Virus record (IMG/VR): IMGVR_UViG_3300033273_000460
Location: 43,771-107,770 of that record
Reading direction: 5' to 3' (one strand)
Length of the DNA: 64,000 bases
From: a virus
Shown: positions 63,953 through 64,000 of the stretch, in pieces
Layout: every line of letters starts with the position of its first letter
Position numbering within the stretch: position 1 is the stretch's first letter
Notes under the pieces: generated by a model
Told to the model about the DNA's origin: nothing
What the model saw: the letters and a program-made list of their open reading frames with translations, nothing else
The model's database searches: none
Translations under genes and position numbers: made by a program

Positions 63953-64000
63953 GTGAAAAGGCGATTGAAAGGTTTCTTTCTTAATTTTCCCTACCAATCA

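Noticed and set aside
1-64000. CRISPR array, tRNA or rRNA genes
   Set aside because: No regularly spaced repeats or cloverleaf/T-loop signatures were seen, and intergenic gaps are nearly all under 80 nt. A tRNAscan/Infernal run would be needed to exclude them fully.
1-64000. Alternative genetic code or stop-codon readthrough
   Set aside because: Genes tile the window almost completely under code 11, including a 13.5-kb ORF, and TAA, TGA and TAG all serve as stops at coupled junctions.

Overview
This window is a gene-dense, AT-rich segment of a large T4-like (contractile-tailed) bacteriophage genome read in the standard genetic code. It has four blocks. (1) 1-3149, minus strand: gp46/gp47 recombination nuclease genes, with an SGNH-like gene inserted between them, and a gp55-like late sigma factor. 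(2) 3228-33747, plus strand: baseplate and tail-fibre module, with a gp53-like gene, a hub protein carrying an N-terminal lysozyme-like domain, gp5-, gp25- and gp6-like genes, a 4512-aa wedge/adhesin protein, and fibres with C-terminal autoproteolytic chaperone domains. T4-type TATAAATA/TAAATA late promoters precede several of these genes. (3) 33804-59847: a ~26 kb, largely translationally coupled tailoring-enzyme cluster. It holds six radical SAM enzymes with an N-terminal twitch/SPASM-like Cys module, about eight glycosyltransferase-like genes of two folds, two SGNH-like proteins, two Rossmann/SDR sugar enzymes, a carbamoyltransferase, a DegT aminotransferase, a 2OG-oxygenase-like protein, GlyA and a SufT/DUF59 Fe-S maturation factor. 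(4) 59854-64000, minus strand: thyX, hypothetical genes, a VWA/metallopeptidase gene and a structured, att-like non-coding end. The best candidate for an undescribed system is block 3, a phage-encoded glycan/aminosugar tailoring pathway that carries its own Fe-S and one-carbon support genes. Regulatory oddities include sigma70 promoters positioned to give leaderless mRNAs, a promoter whose spacer is a GNRA hairpin, a late promoter nested in the gp55 promoter, and two divergent genes sharing one CATG. All functional calls come from motifs read by eye; no database searches were run.
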